A DNA stretch of 57,205 bases, filler included, from Jimgerdemannia flammicorona (GCA_003990765.1; 2 parts of 2 records of this genome joined end to end with filler, not necessarily neighbours in it), one strand, 5' to 3'; shown: positions 14,051-26,921, counted from the first letter of the whole stretch. The notes: generated by a model from the letters alone, not told the origin. Numbers and translations: made by a program.

Positions 14051-14414
14051 CGCATAGCCCACGACACCAGCTTATTCCGGGTCCCACGCGGCGCGCGACA
14101 CCAGCCTTTACCTCTCCTCATCGGCCTTACATCACCACGCGGCTCGCGATACCAGCCTTTAATCCACCCACCTCAGCCTCTTGCCACCGCATAGTTCGCG
14201 ATACCAACCTTTTCCGACATTGCGTGGCTCGCGACACCAGCCCTCCTTCTTTTCGTTATCGCACAGCTCGCGACACCAGCCTACTCGGACCCCCGTGCAA
14301 CTCGCGACACCAGTTCTATCCCTCGATCGCTGGGCTCGTTAAATCAGCTTCTTGGCTTTCGCACGATTTGCGACACCTGCCCTCGGTTTTAACCGCGCGG
14401 CTCGCGACACCAGC
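14051..14414 (+). repeat. Array of ten 21-bp repeats (consensus CGCRCGGCTCGCGACACCAGC) with 11-31 bp spacers
   Basis: Copies start at 14051, 14085, 14136, 14188, 14221, 14260, 14294, 14328 (divergent), 14360 and 14394. Confidence 0.9.
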
Positions 14415-14595
14415 CATATCATCGACATTGGGCGCGGCCTTTCTATTAAGCCTTCGGCGCCTTTCTATCTTCTACTCTGCTCACATTTCCACATCCATAA
14501 CCCCCTTTTTACTTCATTTGGGCCGAGTTCTTCCTTTCGGCGCTGCCAACTCACACCGCCACACATCATCATTCCGCACATTTTACATATAACAT

Positions 14596-14829
14596 TTGGG
14601 CCAGTCTTTTATACCGTGTGTTTCCACCCAAATACAGAACAATCGATCATTTATTTGAGGTTTCTTTCCTAGGATTTCGGGGTGATGCATGGTCATTTCG
14701 GTGACACGGGGTTATTGGTGTTTTATCATGAAGATTGACATCACGTGAGCGTAGTATAGTTGATATTATGCAAAACGTAGTATAGTTACGCCTCCCTAGC
14801 GTAGATCGACATTACGGCAAAAACATTGA
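14596..14829 (+). repeat. Split direct repeat B1
   Basis: 234 bp, near-identical to 15111-15344. Confidence 0.93.
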
Positions 14830-15076
14830 ATGAGGGGGCTCGCTCGAGACCACAGGTCAATGAATGCAGGAAGGTCTTGGGCGTATAGCGCCCAAAATGT
14901 TTCAACGCCGTTGTTTGTCTAAGGCGTGTCTAAATCAGGCGTAGTCTTTCCTTTTTTGGTACTAGCGCGGTAGGCGCATTACTTTTATATGTAATTCTAC
15001 CATTCACCCAACATTCTTAGTACGCGCTTTACACTTATGCTTTTGCGCTTCCGTACATTCGTACGCATTTCATTAC
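14829..15076 (+). repeat. Split direct repeat A2
   Basis: Matches A1 and directly abuts B1. Confidence 0.93.
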
Positions 15077-15110
15077 CACCCACCTCACCCTACATATATA
15101 TACATAGTGG

Positions 15111-15344
15111 TTGGGCCGGTCTTTTATACCGTGTGTTTCCACCCAAATACAGAACAATCGATCATTTATTTGAGGTTTCTTTCCTAGGATTTCGGGGTGA
15201 TGCATGGTCATTTTGGTGACACGGGGTTATTGGTGTTTTATCACGAAGATTGACATCACGTGAGCGTAGCGTAGTTGACATTATGCAATACGTAGTATAG
15301 TTACGCCTCCCTAGCGTAGATCGACATTACGGCAAAAACATTGA
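15111..15344 (+). repeat. Split direct repeat B2 (element right end)
   Basis: 234 bp, matches B1. Confidence 0.93.
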
Positions 15345-15945
15345 TTTTCATTCTTTAGTATATATAGTAATATCTTAGCCAAGGTGAATCTTCTGATATA
15401 GATAGTTCTGGCAGTCTGGGTGTTTTACTTGATTGTAAATCTCATTACTCTAAAATATAGTTCTTGAATATTGATTTCTTACTATCTTGAGTATTAATAT
15501 TCATTCTTATCATAAGTTAGAGAAAGGATCACTAGGGGCTACACTTCTGTTTAAATAAAGGAGTATTATCTATTGGCTCATCTTTTCAATAGTATAGTAG
15601 TTTTCTGAAAGATAGTTATTTGTATGATTATGATTAGAGATCCTAGTCTATAGTATCTCTATCTTTCTTATCAATCCAATGAGTGGCACTGATGATGATA
15701 GTCTCAAAGAGAGTGGAAGACCTTTTGATGCCAGATATCTTCTTAACCAAAAGGCTCTTTCTTAGTATATTTCTTATTTTCAGACAATAGTAACTATACT
15801 TAGTCCTTCATCAATATTTCAGAAGTTATCAATATTGGGCAGGATCAAGTGAGAGTCACTACTTTGCAATGACTTTTTAGACAGAGATTTATTCACTCTT
15901 ATCTCTGGGATATTTTATACAAGTTGATTGCTATTTGGTTACTAT

Positions 15946-17425
15946 TATAACAGTGACCCCAGAATGATGACATCAGCACAGGAGACAGCCTTTCCTTGCA
16001 AGCCACCAGATCGGAGCACAAGAAGATTATATGGCATACAAATAAACAATGATGACCAACTGTGAGTCATTGTGTCCACAGTATGGTATCTTGAGGAATA
16101 TAAAAGAAGGATCAAGGAACTATAGTAGCAGTAACCAATAAGACCCATCAATCCCAAAATAGCTCAAAGACTTACCACAAACAAAATGCCTGCTGCTTGC
16201 CAAACCTCAAGGTCAAGGAACCACTAAGGCATCTCAGTCAAAGAAAGAATGTTCTAAGACATCAGAAGAGCCATGAGGACCCACTCAAGAAGGACTCTTA
16301 GTATCAACCTAGGTACTGGTGACTCTTATCACTATATCCTCTACTGCCATAAAATGGAAACAAGGATCACTATTGCTACTGAATGCCTCCAAATATAGCA
16401 GGAGTACAAAATAGGAAACCTCCTCTGCTGGGAGTTCCCACAGGCTAGTACTCAAGAGCTACAAGATGCCACTCTCATGGATATATGCAAAATGAGGACA
16501 GCTAAGAATATCCATCAGATCTTCAGACATGCACCATGGTCAATCCCCAACTTGGAGTATGTTAGAGTCTCAGATTTCAGAGATCTGATATCCCACTGTA
16601 TCAATGCACTAGAAGCCAGAGTGGCTACAGAAGCCCAGTCCACTATCACCCTCAATAGTGATGAAGTAGAAGACTTCTGGCATCTCACCCTTCAGGACAA
16701 CCCAGACCAATTCCTGTAAGGATTGATCTTAGTATTCCAAGACCCAAGCATCCAGATTAGACATCCCCAAGACCCCACATTTGTCCCTTATTTTGTAGAA
16801 GAGAACCTCATAGATTGGAGAGCCCCCAATTTCCCAACCGCCAAACATGATGATATCATCAGCAATGATGTTATCCCATGCAACATCAAAGCACATGAAA
16901 TGTGTGAAGATGAATTCATGGACCTCATTTCCTTCGAAGATATCCTGACCTCTGACAATGAGGATGAAGCCCCCATAGTTCTGAACATTCTGCTCTAAGT
17001 TCCTTGATATACAGGATAATGCTGGCATCAGTATTTTGATATAATACTGAATTATACCAGCATTCTGAACCTATACAACCACCAGTGCCAACCCTGGAGC
17101 TTAGTAGTTTTTCCTGTCCTGGCATTTTATTTTAGCTATCAGAATGTATATTTAGCTTTATATCTTAGCAACCATTGAATTATATTTTGTATAAATACCC
17201 CTCTTAATATCTCTGAAATAAAGTCAGTCAAGTTCACTTATATACACTTCTTTGCAAGCAATCTAAGAGATAACAAGATAGTTAAAGATAAGAAGTTTGA
17301 GAACTATAAGACCTTGGGAAGGCACTCCAATAAGAACTTGCTTATAACAAACTTGAGTTAGTCTAAGAGATATACCTTGAAGAGAATCTGGCATATTTGA
17401 AAGACTCAGCAACCACTACATACCA
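15946..17425 (+). repeat. Putative long 5' LTR
   Basis: Starts TATAACAGTG (possibly decayed TGTAAC), has TATAAATA near 17189 and AATAAA near 17217, and is followed by PBS-like TGGTGCCC at 17429. No partner LTR in the window. Confidence 0.4.
16186..16998 (+). pseudogene. About 270-codon accessory ORF of unknown function upstream of gag, broken by stops
   Basis: ATG 16186 and ORFs 16477-16719 and 16723-16998 share one frame, with the same CpG-poor composition as the Gypsy gag-pol. Confidence 0.55.
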
Positions 17426-17545
17426 ACTTGGTGCCCATTGGCTGGTGATTCGAGACAAATCCCTCACTTTCAAGCTGAAAAATAAACAACCCCCACAACA
17501 GCTATCCTGACTACAAGAGTCACCCCTGTAAGAATTCAAGACAAG

Positions 17546-20500
17546 ATGGAAATGTGTCCCTCCAAATTCTATGGATATACTACTGAAGAGTCAATCCTGA
17601 TCTTTATTGAAGACTTTGAACAATTTGCCACTGTATGAGCCCTTGGTGTGGATACACAACTGGCCCTTCTACCAGTCAGCCTCAGAGGACCTGCCAGAGA
17701 CAAGTTCAATACAGCCACCATTGCTGATACTGGTGCAGCCAAACTTGCCAACATGAAGGCCTTCCTCAGAACAACATATTATATTGAAGAGATCAAGCAA
17801 GCTCTCAAGGATCAACTCAATACTATCTGCCAGGGACTTAGTGAAGATCCCAACTCATTCTATACCTGAATCTGTAACCAGATTGTCTTGGCTGGCTATG
17901 ATGATGCCCTCAAGAAACAAATAGCAGATTCAACCTTTCTTAAAGGAGTTCACCCTGAAATTGCCCTAGTAATCTGGTCTACTCCAGCTGCACTGACTCT
18001 TGATCAGAAAGTGGTCTTTGCACAGAGATATTGGACTGCCAGACACCCTGCCAAACACTCAATAGAGAAAATAACTGGCATCAAGATGGAGCCATCAAAG
18101 CCAACTAGTATTATATCTGCCACAGTTGTAAACAGACAATCAATCCCACCTACCCCCAAGGTAGCCAAAGCTGACCCAGTGGAAGAACTCATCAAGCAGT
18201 TTGCCAAGATGACTATATACCTTGGTGATGTTGTTAGAGAAGTCCAAAACACCAACAGGAGACTAGTGCAGAGATTTGCAGCTGCTACAGAAAAATACAA
18301 TATTACATATTTCAGATGTGGAGAAGAAGGCCACTATATAAAGAATTGCATGACCAAAACGAGATGCAAGGCCCAACCAAGCAATGCTAGCAGAACCAGA
18401 GAACAAATCAATACAGTAGTCATTGAGGAGATTGGTGACACTAATGATGAAGAATACTATGAGGAGCTTGAATTCCACCCTGTTACTAAAGGTATCAGAA
18501 ACTGGTCCAAGCCCTAAGACAGAAAGAGTAATAGTAAGCCAGTTGGAAGACCAAAGAAGACCCCAGCTATCATCATTCAAAGCAAGACCCAGCCTGAGGA
18601 GATTGATCAAGATATGGAGTTAGATGAAGCTGCCCACCAAATTATTGAAGGCACTACTCAAGTCTCAGGAGAAAGTGAAATCAAGAAGAAACAGAAGCTG
18701 CACAAGACCAAGATCCACCAGTATGATATCTACAAGGACCTCAAGGAACAGAAGGTCAATGCTACCTTTGGACAGCTAGCTGAAGTCCCTACCTTCAGAT
18801 AGCAGTTGAGAGTAGGACTTGCAACTACCACCAAGAATCAAGAATACAAGATTATAGAAGCTCACAATGTACAGGAAGAATCTGAAAACTCAGGTGAAGA
18901 ATCTGAAGACCAGTACAAGACATTAGCCTATACTTCATGTCAGATTGAAGATTGTATCTTTGATGCCATCATTGATACTGGTGCTGGAGGATGCCTCATG
19001 AGCAAGAAGGCAATTGACCACTTAGGCTGGGACATTGAAGATTCCACCAAGATGGTCTATGTTACAGCAGATGGTATACAAGCTCCCCCTTTGGCAAAAT
19101 CTGAGAAGTCCCCATCAAGATAGGAGGAGCTACCATCCAAGTAGACATAATTGTTACTAGTGCCACCAACTATGACATTCTCATTAGCAACCAATGCCTT
19201 CACAGACTAAGGCCATCATTGACCTCAATACCCAGAAGATACAGATCAACTATAGAGGAAGAAAGGTATGAGTCTCTAACAATGTCCACAAAGGAGTCCT
19301 ACCAGATATGGAGGAAGGAGATGAAGAGGACACAGAGGTCTTCATACACTAAGTGAACAAGAACAAGAACAAGACACCCAAGCTCACAGATGAACAGTAG
19401 TACAACAAGATCATTGATGGCTATGCCCCTCAAGGAAGATGCCCCCATGGTACTAAGATATACTGCTCTGAACACCTGAATGACTGCTGGTCCTGTATCA
19501 GTGAAGTCAGGTCAATCAACCAACAGAAACATGAGCAAGAAGCCGCTGAAGCAAAAAGGAAAGCCAAAGAAGATGACCAGCCCCCAGAGCTTCAGGCTGA
19601 CAGTGATGATGAGGAGGAATAAGAATCAGACATCACCCTCAAGGTCAAGAAGTTTCACCCTGAAGCCAAGATCCCAGAATACAAGACTGAAGGAGTCATA
19701 GGAATGGACCTTACCAGCATTCAAGATACTATCCTTGAACCACAGACCACCACCCTACTTGGTACTAGAATTGGAGTCAAGCTGCCAGAGAACCATGCTG
19801 GAATTATCAAGACCAGGAGCAGTCTGGCCAAAAGCAAAATCTCAGTTGAAGGAGGAGTAATTGACCCTGATTACATTGGTGAGATCTTTCTCATAGTCAG
19901 GAATCACAACCCCACCACTCCATTCAAAGTCAAGAAGTATGACAGGATTGGCCAGATGCTGATCCACGAAATCAAGAAGCCCAAGATCATAGAAGCCATT
20001 GAACTCATCAAGAGCAAGAGAGGAGAACAAGGCTTTGGATCTACTGAACAAGGAGCCTATGCTGCCACCAAGATTACTGAACTTGAGCACAAGAAAGATA
20101 AGGACCAGAACAAGCACACATATACCATTGGAGAAAACCTCTCCCTGGAACAACAACTTCTCAAGATCCTGCATCAGAATGAAAGAGTACTTGCTACAGA
20201 CTTCAGAGATATCTACAATTAAGAATCCAAGTACTACTATGAAATTAACACTGGTGATACTAAGCCCATCTACCAGAAAGCCAGACCTATACTACCTGCC
20301 TACAGAGAATGGCTGTGAGCAGAACTCAAGGAAATTGAAGAAGCTGGAATCATCAAGCAAGCTATTAGCCCCTGGGTCTCACCCATTGTTTTTGCCCTAA
20401 AGAAAGGAAGCAAGCCTGGAGAGTTTGTGCCAAGACTCTGCATTGACTACTGGAAGCTCAATGCCATCACCAAGAAGAATAGGCAGCCCTTGCCAAATAT

Positions 20501-21101
20501 TCAAGAAATCCTTACCACCCTTGAAAGCAAAGCCAAATACTACACCACCCTGGATCTGTTCTCAGGCTCCATCAGATTGGTCTCACTCAAGATACCAGTG
20601 AGAAATCAGCCTTCATCACACCTGATGCCACCTATATCTATCTGCGAATGCCATTTGGAATGTACAATGCCTCAGCAAGTTTCCAGCAAATGATGAACAG
20701 AATCTTCAGCAATGAGATTGGAAAATGGCTCTTTGTCTATAGTGATGATATGATCATCTTCAGTAACACTGCATGGGAACATATCAATTACTTTGGCTAG
20801 CCCTCAAGAAGCTCAAGGAGCATGGCCTTTACATCAAGCCCAAGAAATGCAAGTTTGCAGCTAAGAAAATCACCTACCTAGGACACCTCATCAACCAGAC
20901 TGGAATCCACACAGACCCTATGAAGATTGAGACTGTTGTAGCCTATCTGAGATCCAGAACAACCACAGAAGTCCATGCCTTCCTTGGACTGGCTAGCTAC
21001 TATAGAAGATTCATCAAAGGATACTCCAATATTGCAGCACCTATGTATCTATGAGCTACTGAAAAAGGAAACCAAATTTGAATGGACCAAGAAGTACCAA
21101 G
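17546..21101 (+). pseudogene. Gypsy gag-pol (gag with CCHC knuckle, aspartic protease, dUTPase, RT)
   Basis: PSKFYG, (Y)FRCGEEGHYIKNC, AIIDTGA, SPWVSPIV, RLCIDY.KLN, LDLFSG, MPFG, VYSDD, YLGH, FLGLASYYRRFI. Confidence 0.9.
19632..20045 (+). pseudogene. dut: Trimeric dUTPase domain within Gypsy pol
   Basis: All five motifs present: GMDL, RSSLA, GVIDPDYIGE, DRIGQ, RGEQGFGST. Confidence 0.92.
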
Positions 21102-21103
21102 CT

Positions 21104-21167
<64 letters not shown>

Positions 21168-21229
21168 GTCACTTGGACTCTTCCTTTATTATGCCCATCT
21201 ATCCCATATAAGTACAGTGAACCCTCCCC

Positions 21230-24200
21230 CTATCCGATCCCCCTAGGGGGGCCCCCCCTCCTTACTCCTTCTCAATGAAAGACTACTCTGTCTAATACAA
21301 TCTCCACCCTCCCACCACTCTGTTCATATATCCTTGTCATCAAACCTCAATGTTGCCCCCCTGAAGGACCCCAACCTATCCACCATCCAGTCATCAGATC
21401 CCCCAACAGCTCCTCCCACCTTAAAACCTTCTCCTGCAGTCTCACCTGCCACCCCTCCTCAAACACAAAAAGCCAATGTTATGCCAATCCCACCCAAATG
21501 GCTAACACCCACCCAACAGTGAGCCAACTATCACCCACCCCCCCCCACTAGCCAAGATCTCAAGTCCTCCCAGTGGTCTCCCTCTCCTGCTGGCCTACAC
21601 TCCACACCCAGTCTATTCTCTATTTCTGTCCAAAAGTCCCCCAAAACCTCACACTCCCCCAGCCAATGTTCTGGCATCTGCACAATACCCCCAGCTTGCC
21701 CTCTATTGTAACACTCCTCACAATCAAAACAGACACCATCCACCAGATGCCCAGTGTGGAAATTCAACATGATATTCCTCCACAGCATTCACCACCACAC
21801 CACCAAGAACTTGAGAGGACGCCACCACTGTACCTCAGCACTCCAAGACCAGACACCTGCCCAGTCCCACTCCTTACCAATCACTACCACCTGCCAACCA
21901 CTCAGCCAAAGATCCTGGCCAAGACCCTGCTGACACTCCACTCCATCCCCAATATCAAATGTGGTAAGTTGAGCACCCCCCAGGAGCAGTCTATCCCATC
22001 GCCACATACCAGGTCCCCACATCCCCTCCCCCTCACTGCCTTGCCAGCACAGACCAATTTGGTGTGCCCCATCGACCACTTCCCACCAAAAGCCCTTAAA
22101 CTGCAGCTGCTGAATTCCATTGAGTCCTACCAAAGAGGGTAGTTCTCCTGAGGACCCTCAGGGGGAGGTTCTCATCTCCCACACCTTCTGCAGCAGAGGT
22201 ACCCAACCCCCTCATTGCAGTTCAGCCACTCTCTTCAACCACCAGGCTTGCAAGCAATGCAACTGCTTAGGGAAATCCACAAGGCCAAGACCTCCCCTTA
22301 CCACTGGTGTTGCAAGAGTATCCCAACTGATCAGGGACCTCCTCCCTGCCCAAATCCAATCCCTAGCCACCTTTGTCAGCCTCTTCACCACCCAAGCTGG
22401 GAAGTCTAGGTGGTAGGCTACATACCACAGCTGGGGGAACCAGTATACATTCAGAATTGACACCCACCCTGCTAGAGAGATATGGCGGCCTCCCCAACCT
22501 TGAAGGGCCTCCCCCCAAATAGCCACCCTACTCTCCCACCACTCCTGTGGCAAGACAGAACCATACACAGAGAGGAAGATGCTCAGATACTATACCACCC
22601 CACCAGTAGGGACAATTGTACCAATGATGTCCCCACCCACCAGCCTATTCCCTAGCACCATAGTCTCACACTTATACCAGTTGAGCTTTGCCCCAGAGTG
22701 AGCCTCATACCATTCCACTGTCTCCTTAAGTGCCTAGACATCTGCCACAGACCCAAGTCCAACCACCATATCATCTGCAAAGACTCCCACCTTCCACACT
22801 ATTCCATAAATAGAGAGCCCTACTACCTTCTGGCGAATCCTATCCAACAATGGTTCTAATGAAAGGGCATAGAGAATAGGGGACAGGGGGTCCCCCTGAG
22901 GAACTCCTCTTTACAAGAAAAATGCCAGACCATGGTGACCATTATACATCAGTGCTGCCTGACTGCCTTCTAGCAGATTCAACATAGAAGCCCAAAATCC
23001 TGGGGGAACCCCAATATGATCCAACACCTTGCCCAACCAAACCTGCCAGACCCAGTCATAGGCCTTCTTCTGGTCCAAGAAGACCAACCTTCCATCCAGT
23101 CCACAAGTCTGGGCCCCTTCAATGACACCATGCACTCATTCAGTTCCATCTCTTATAAGTCTGCCTCCAACAAAGCCCCACTGCTCCTCCCCCAGCATCT
23201 GTTGGGCAACGTTCTGCAGCCTTGCAACAACCACCTTAGTCACCATCTTTCTGTCCATATCCAGAAGCATAATTGGTCTCCAGTTCTTCCAGTCTTCCCT
23301 CCTCCCCTTGTCTTTGTACAACAAAGCCACCAGCCCAAGGTCCTGCTCTCCAACCCACTCACCACTCTGAAGAACATGATCACAGAGAGCAGTCATCTCA
23401 CCCAAAATGCCAGGGACCTTAACCATCTTCTTCCAAAAGTCCCATGGTAATCCATCCTCCCCTGGTGCTGTCCCAGGTTTAGTTGCTGTGAGGACACTCT
23501 GGACCTCCTCGCCTTGCACTGGTAAGGCCAAGTCACCCAGTCCAGCCACTTGTAGTGGCCTCCATTCCCCTAATGTATTTTCAATTGCTGCCTCATCAGC
23601 ACCCCCTTCTTCCTCACTTCACAAACCCTACCATCTCTCTTTCAACACCCCTAAGATTTGTTGCATGCCATGTACCATGTCCCCATCAGCATCTAGGACT
23701 CCATCCCACCAATGTCTCACCCTCCTAGCTTTAAGCAGACATGATAAATATCTAGTAGGCTGCTCACTCTCCTCAAGCCCCTGCCACCTTAGCCTAGCAG
23801 CCATACCTTGCATATGAGCCTCCTCCTCTTCTCTCAACACCTGTTGCAGTTTCATTATCTCCAATTTAACCTGTACTATCCTCCAATCCTCCACCCAATC
23901 AGAAGTAAGCAGATCTGCCCAATCCATTTGCAGTCTCCTCAACCTGTTGGAAGCACACCCCATGCACTTCCTCCTTCGTCTCCCAGCTTCTCTCCCAGCC
24001 CCTCCCCAATAGACCCTCACAGCCTCTTTCAATCTCATCCAACAGACACCTACTGACAAACCCTCACCCCCCCAGCTAAAAACTTTTACCTGAATGTCCT
24101 CCACCTACAAATCCCACAACCCCTTCTCAGCCAGTAGGGAGGAGTTAAGGCGCCAATGTCCAGGTCCATCTCCACTCTCCCCAAACTGCCGACGTCCCAA

Positions 24201-24879
24201 CAGTCTCCAGTGATCAGACCATGAGCACCACTCCACCTCCAATGCCTTCCAAACATCAGACCCCCAGCATTCTGCCATCAGAATCCAGTCAATCCTTATA
24301 CCCAAGCCATTCACCCAATGTGTGTAGACCCTGGTGTTACCTCATTGTGTTCTGACTATATCCCTTTAAGGAGCTCAGCTGCTCCATCTCCTCCCATGCA
24401 TCCAGACCTCCACTTCTCCCTCCTGCACTCCTCCCACCATCAGTTCTGTCCAGATGCTGATCCCAAACCATATTAAAGTCTCCCCTGAGCACATCAACCC
24501 CTTCCTCCAAGAGAATACCCTCCTCCAGCAGCTCCTTAATCTATGCAATCCTCTTGCCCCTAACCACAGGGCAGTAACAAGAGCCAATCTTCACAGACTC
24601 CCACCCCAGCCAATGCCAATCTCCCATCACCCCAGCTCCCAATACTCCCCAAGTCTCCTCTACCCTTCCTCACCAGAATCACCACTTTTCCAAACCAAGC
24701 AGTAGCCCCCCCCATTCCCAAGTCCACTCTGCCTGATCATCCTCATCCTCACACCAATCATCCTGAAGTAAAAAGAGATTGGTCTCCAATTCCTTGAGCC
24801 AAGTAAAAATGTTCTTATATCACCCAGATCCCCTCAGCCCATTCACATTCAAAGAGAAAATATTGGTTGTACTATTCAT
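21230..24879 (-). pseudogene. LINE copy 2 ORF2 (APE plus RT)
   Basis: MNSTTNIFSLNVNGL start, WSDH, APGEDGLP, WRPIMLL, PQGDPLSP, FADD; ends GPPRGIG*. Confidence 0.9.
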
Positions 24880-24908
24880 AAGAAAATGTTATATCATGTT
24901 CCCACCCT

Positions 24909-26921
24909 CTACAATTCCGCATTCCACTCCTCCTGCAACAAATCCAAGTCATGTTCAGCAGCTAGTTCCCTTTTACCAGCTTCCTGTGCCTCCAGCCCTC
25001 CCAGAAGTTCTACCATCACCCCATCTTCTCACTCCTCAAAGTCCTCATGGTATTCCAGACAGGCCTCCTGCCAGAACCGCAGACCATACCACTCTACCCA
25101 ACAGTATGCTGCCTGCTCACCAGTGACTACCACCAGCTTGGCCTTCCTCACTGCACCAACCTCATATCCCTCCTCCTTCAGGAAAATCTCCCCCTTCAGT
25201 GTCTCCACCACTCCCTCACCATGCAGAATCTGTGCCCAATACTCCTCAGGTATTACCCACAGGTCCACTTCCCCCAAAGTCTCAGCTGCAAGGTTGTCCA
25301 TCACCTTGCTCATCCACAGTAAGTTTCCCACCTCCTTCCCTCCTGGAGTCTCTGGTCTTCCTATGTCCAACATCATGGTGTCAGCCCCTATACTGGCAGC
25401 CTCATCCCACTCATCCTCAGAGACATCCACCAGCTCATCCTTGCCAACTGCCACCACCTGACCCCCTTTTTCCACATCAGGGACCCCAAAGTAGACTTGC
25501 CGGGCCCCCTTCATCAGTATATCCTCTGTTGTCTGTCTCTTTCCAGCTAGGCCCCTTCTGATAAGAGGGGGGGGACTGGCCTCCAGTTCCTGCTCCCAGA
25601 CATCAAAAGTGCCATCAGTATAGGGGTCCTTGCCCAGCATCTTCACAGCTCCTTCCTTGCCTACCTCTACCTCTCCAACCCCTTTACCCACCCAAACACT
25701 GGCTTCAATGCCCCCAGCCACTTCAGCTCCAACAGCCTTCTTCTTTGCCTCTATCTCCATCTCGCCAGTAGCTCCCCCTGCCTCCTATGCCTCTGTGCCC
25801 ACTCCCACTGCTTCCTGTCAGTATGGACATACTTCCCATCCACAACCACCAGATGCATTGATGCCTCGTATATCTTCCTTCTCTTCACAGCTCTACTCAA
25901 CTCCTCCAGCGCCTCCAACAAGTCCTCCTCCTCCTCTTAACTCCCCTTCACCCTCGCCACCTTACAGATGAATACCCCCACATCAGCACAGAAGGCCAGT
26001 CACTCATCTTCCCCATGGCCTCCTTGCCTGCCAGCCAAATCCTGACATCTATGTCACCTATCCTGATCATTGTACCCTCCTATACCTAAAAGCCGATGTC
26101 CACCACATCACCATACTCTATCATCACCTCCTCTACCCTCCTCCTAGTCTCCTCCTTAGTTACTGTGGGCACCCCCCTCACCAGAACTGCACCACCCTGG
26201 AGTCTCATCATAAGTACCACACCATGGAGACCACCTCCTCCCCAACTACTACTCTAGTCTTCAGTGTCTTGTCTGGTGGGCCTGCCTCCTCAAAGCCCAC
26301 CTCAACCCCCTCCAGATCCTTCAAGAACTTCACTGAGGCTGCCCCAGCCACCTGCTTCGAAACAAGCCCCAGAACCATCCTCACCATCACTGCCAAGCCC
26401 TGGAAGCACAAGGTTGCTACAAACTCCGAAATTGACTTCTTGAGCAATGGGGCCACTGCCAGTCCTGTTACACCATCTGCCAGGTCCCCCTTCCTCATTG
26501 GGAACCCCTGTCCCCCCTGACCATCAGCTATCACATCTCTTTTTTTTTCCTCCTGATTCACCATCACACCACCATCAGCAGTCCCACCACTACCCCCAGC
26601 AGCTACTCCACCTCCACCACTTCCCACTACCAAAGGCCCAGCTCCCCCAGTACTCCCAACCTTCTTCTTCCCCTTCCCACCTGTCTTTCCACCATGATCC
26701 CCAACGGGCCAATCTCCTGACCTCAGCATGTCCACAAAGCTCCTCCCCTGCTGCCCTCCAGCCCCCCCACCAGTGCCACTTCCACTACCCAAGCTGTCCT
26801 GCCCATCTGGGCCACCAAAAGACCCTATCCCCAGTCTATACCCTCTTCCGACATGCTGCCAGTCGAAGGCCCCAGGTCCACCCAACCTAGTATGCATGTC
26901 AGCTTGCTTGCTGGTTGACAT
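24909..26921 (-). pseudogene. LINE copy 2 ORF1
   Basis: GGPGAFDWQ and DLADGVTGLAVAPLLKKSISEF are shared with copies 1 and 3. Confidence 0.85.

Larger units (their letters stand above)
9626..15344 (+). mobile_element. Ngaro-type (DIRS order) tyrosine-recombinase retrotransposon with split direct repeats A1...B1-A2-B2
   Basis: gag, RT/RNase H and YR ORFs on one strand. A1 9626-9886 matches A2 14829-15076, and B1 14596-14829 matches B2 15111-15344. Confidence 0.95.

Noticed and set aside
14051..14414. Calling the repeat array a CRISPR
   Set aside because: Eukaryotic retrotransposon context, no cas genes, repeats are degenerate, and spacers are short and uneven with two of them related.
17429..17455. 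Assigning the PBS to a specific tRNA
   Set aside because: TGGTGCCC fits a tRNA 3' end, but spacing to the TTCGA-like motif is off and the host tRNA set is unavailable.
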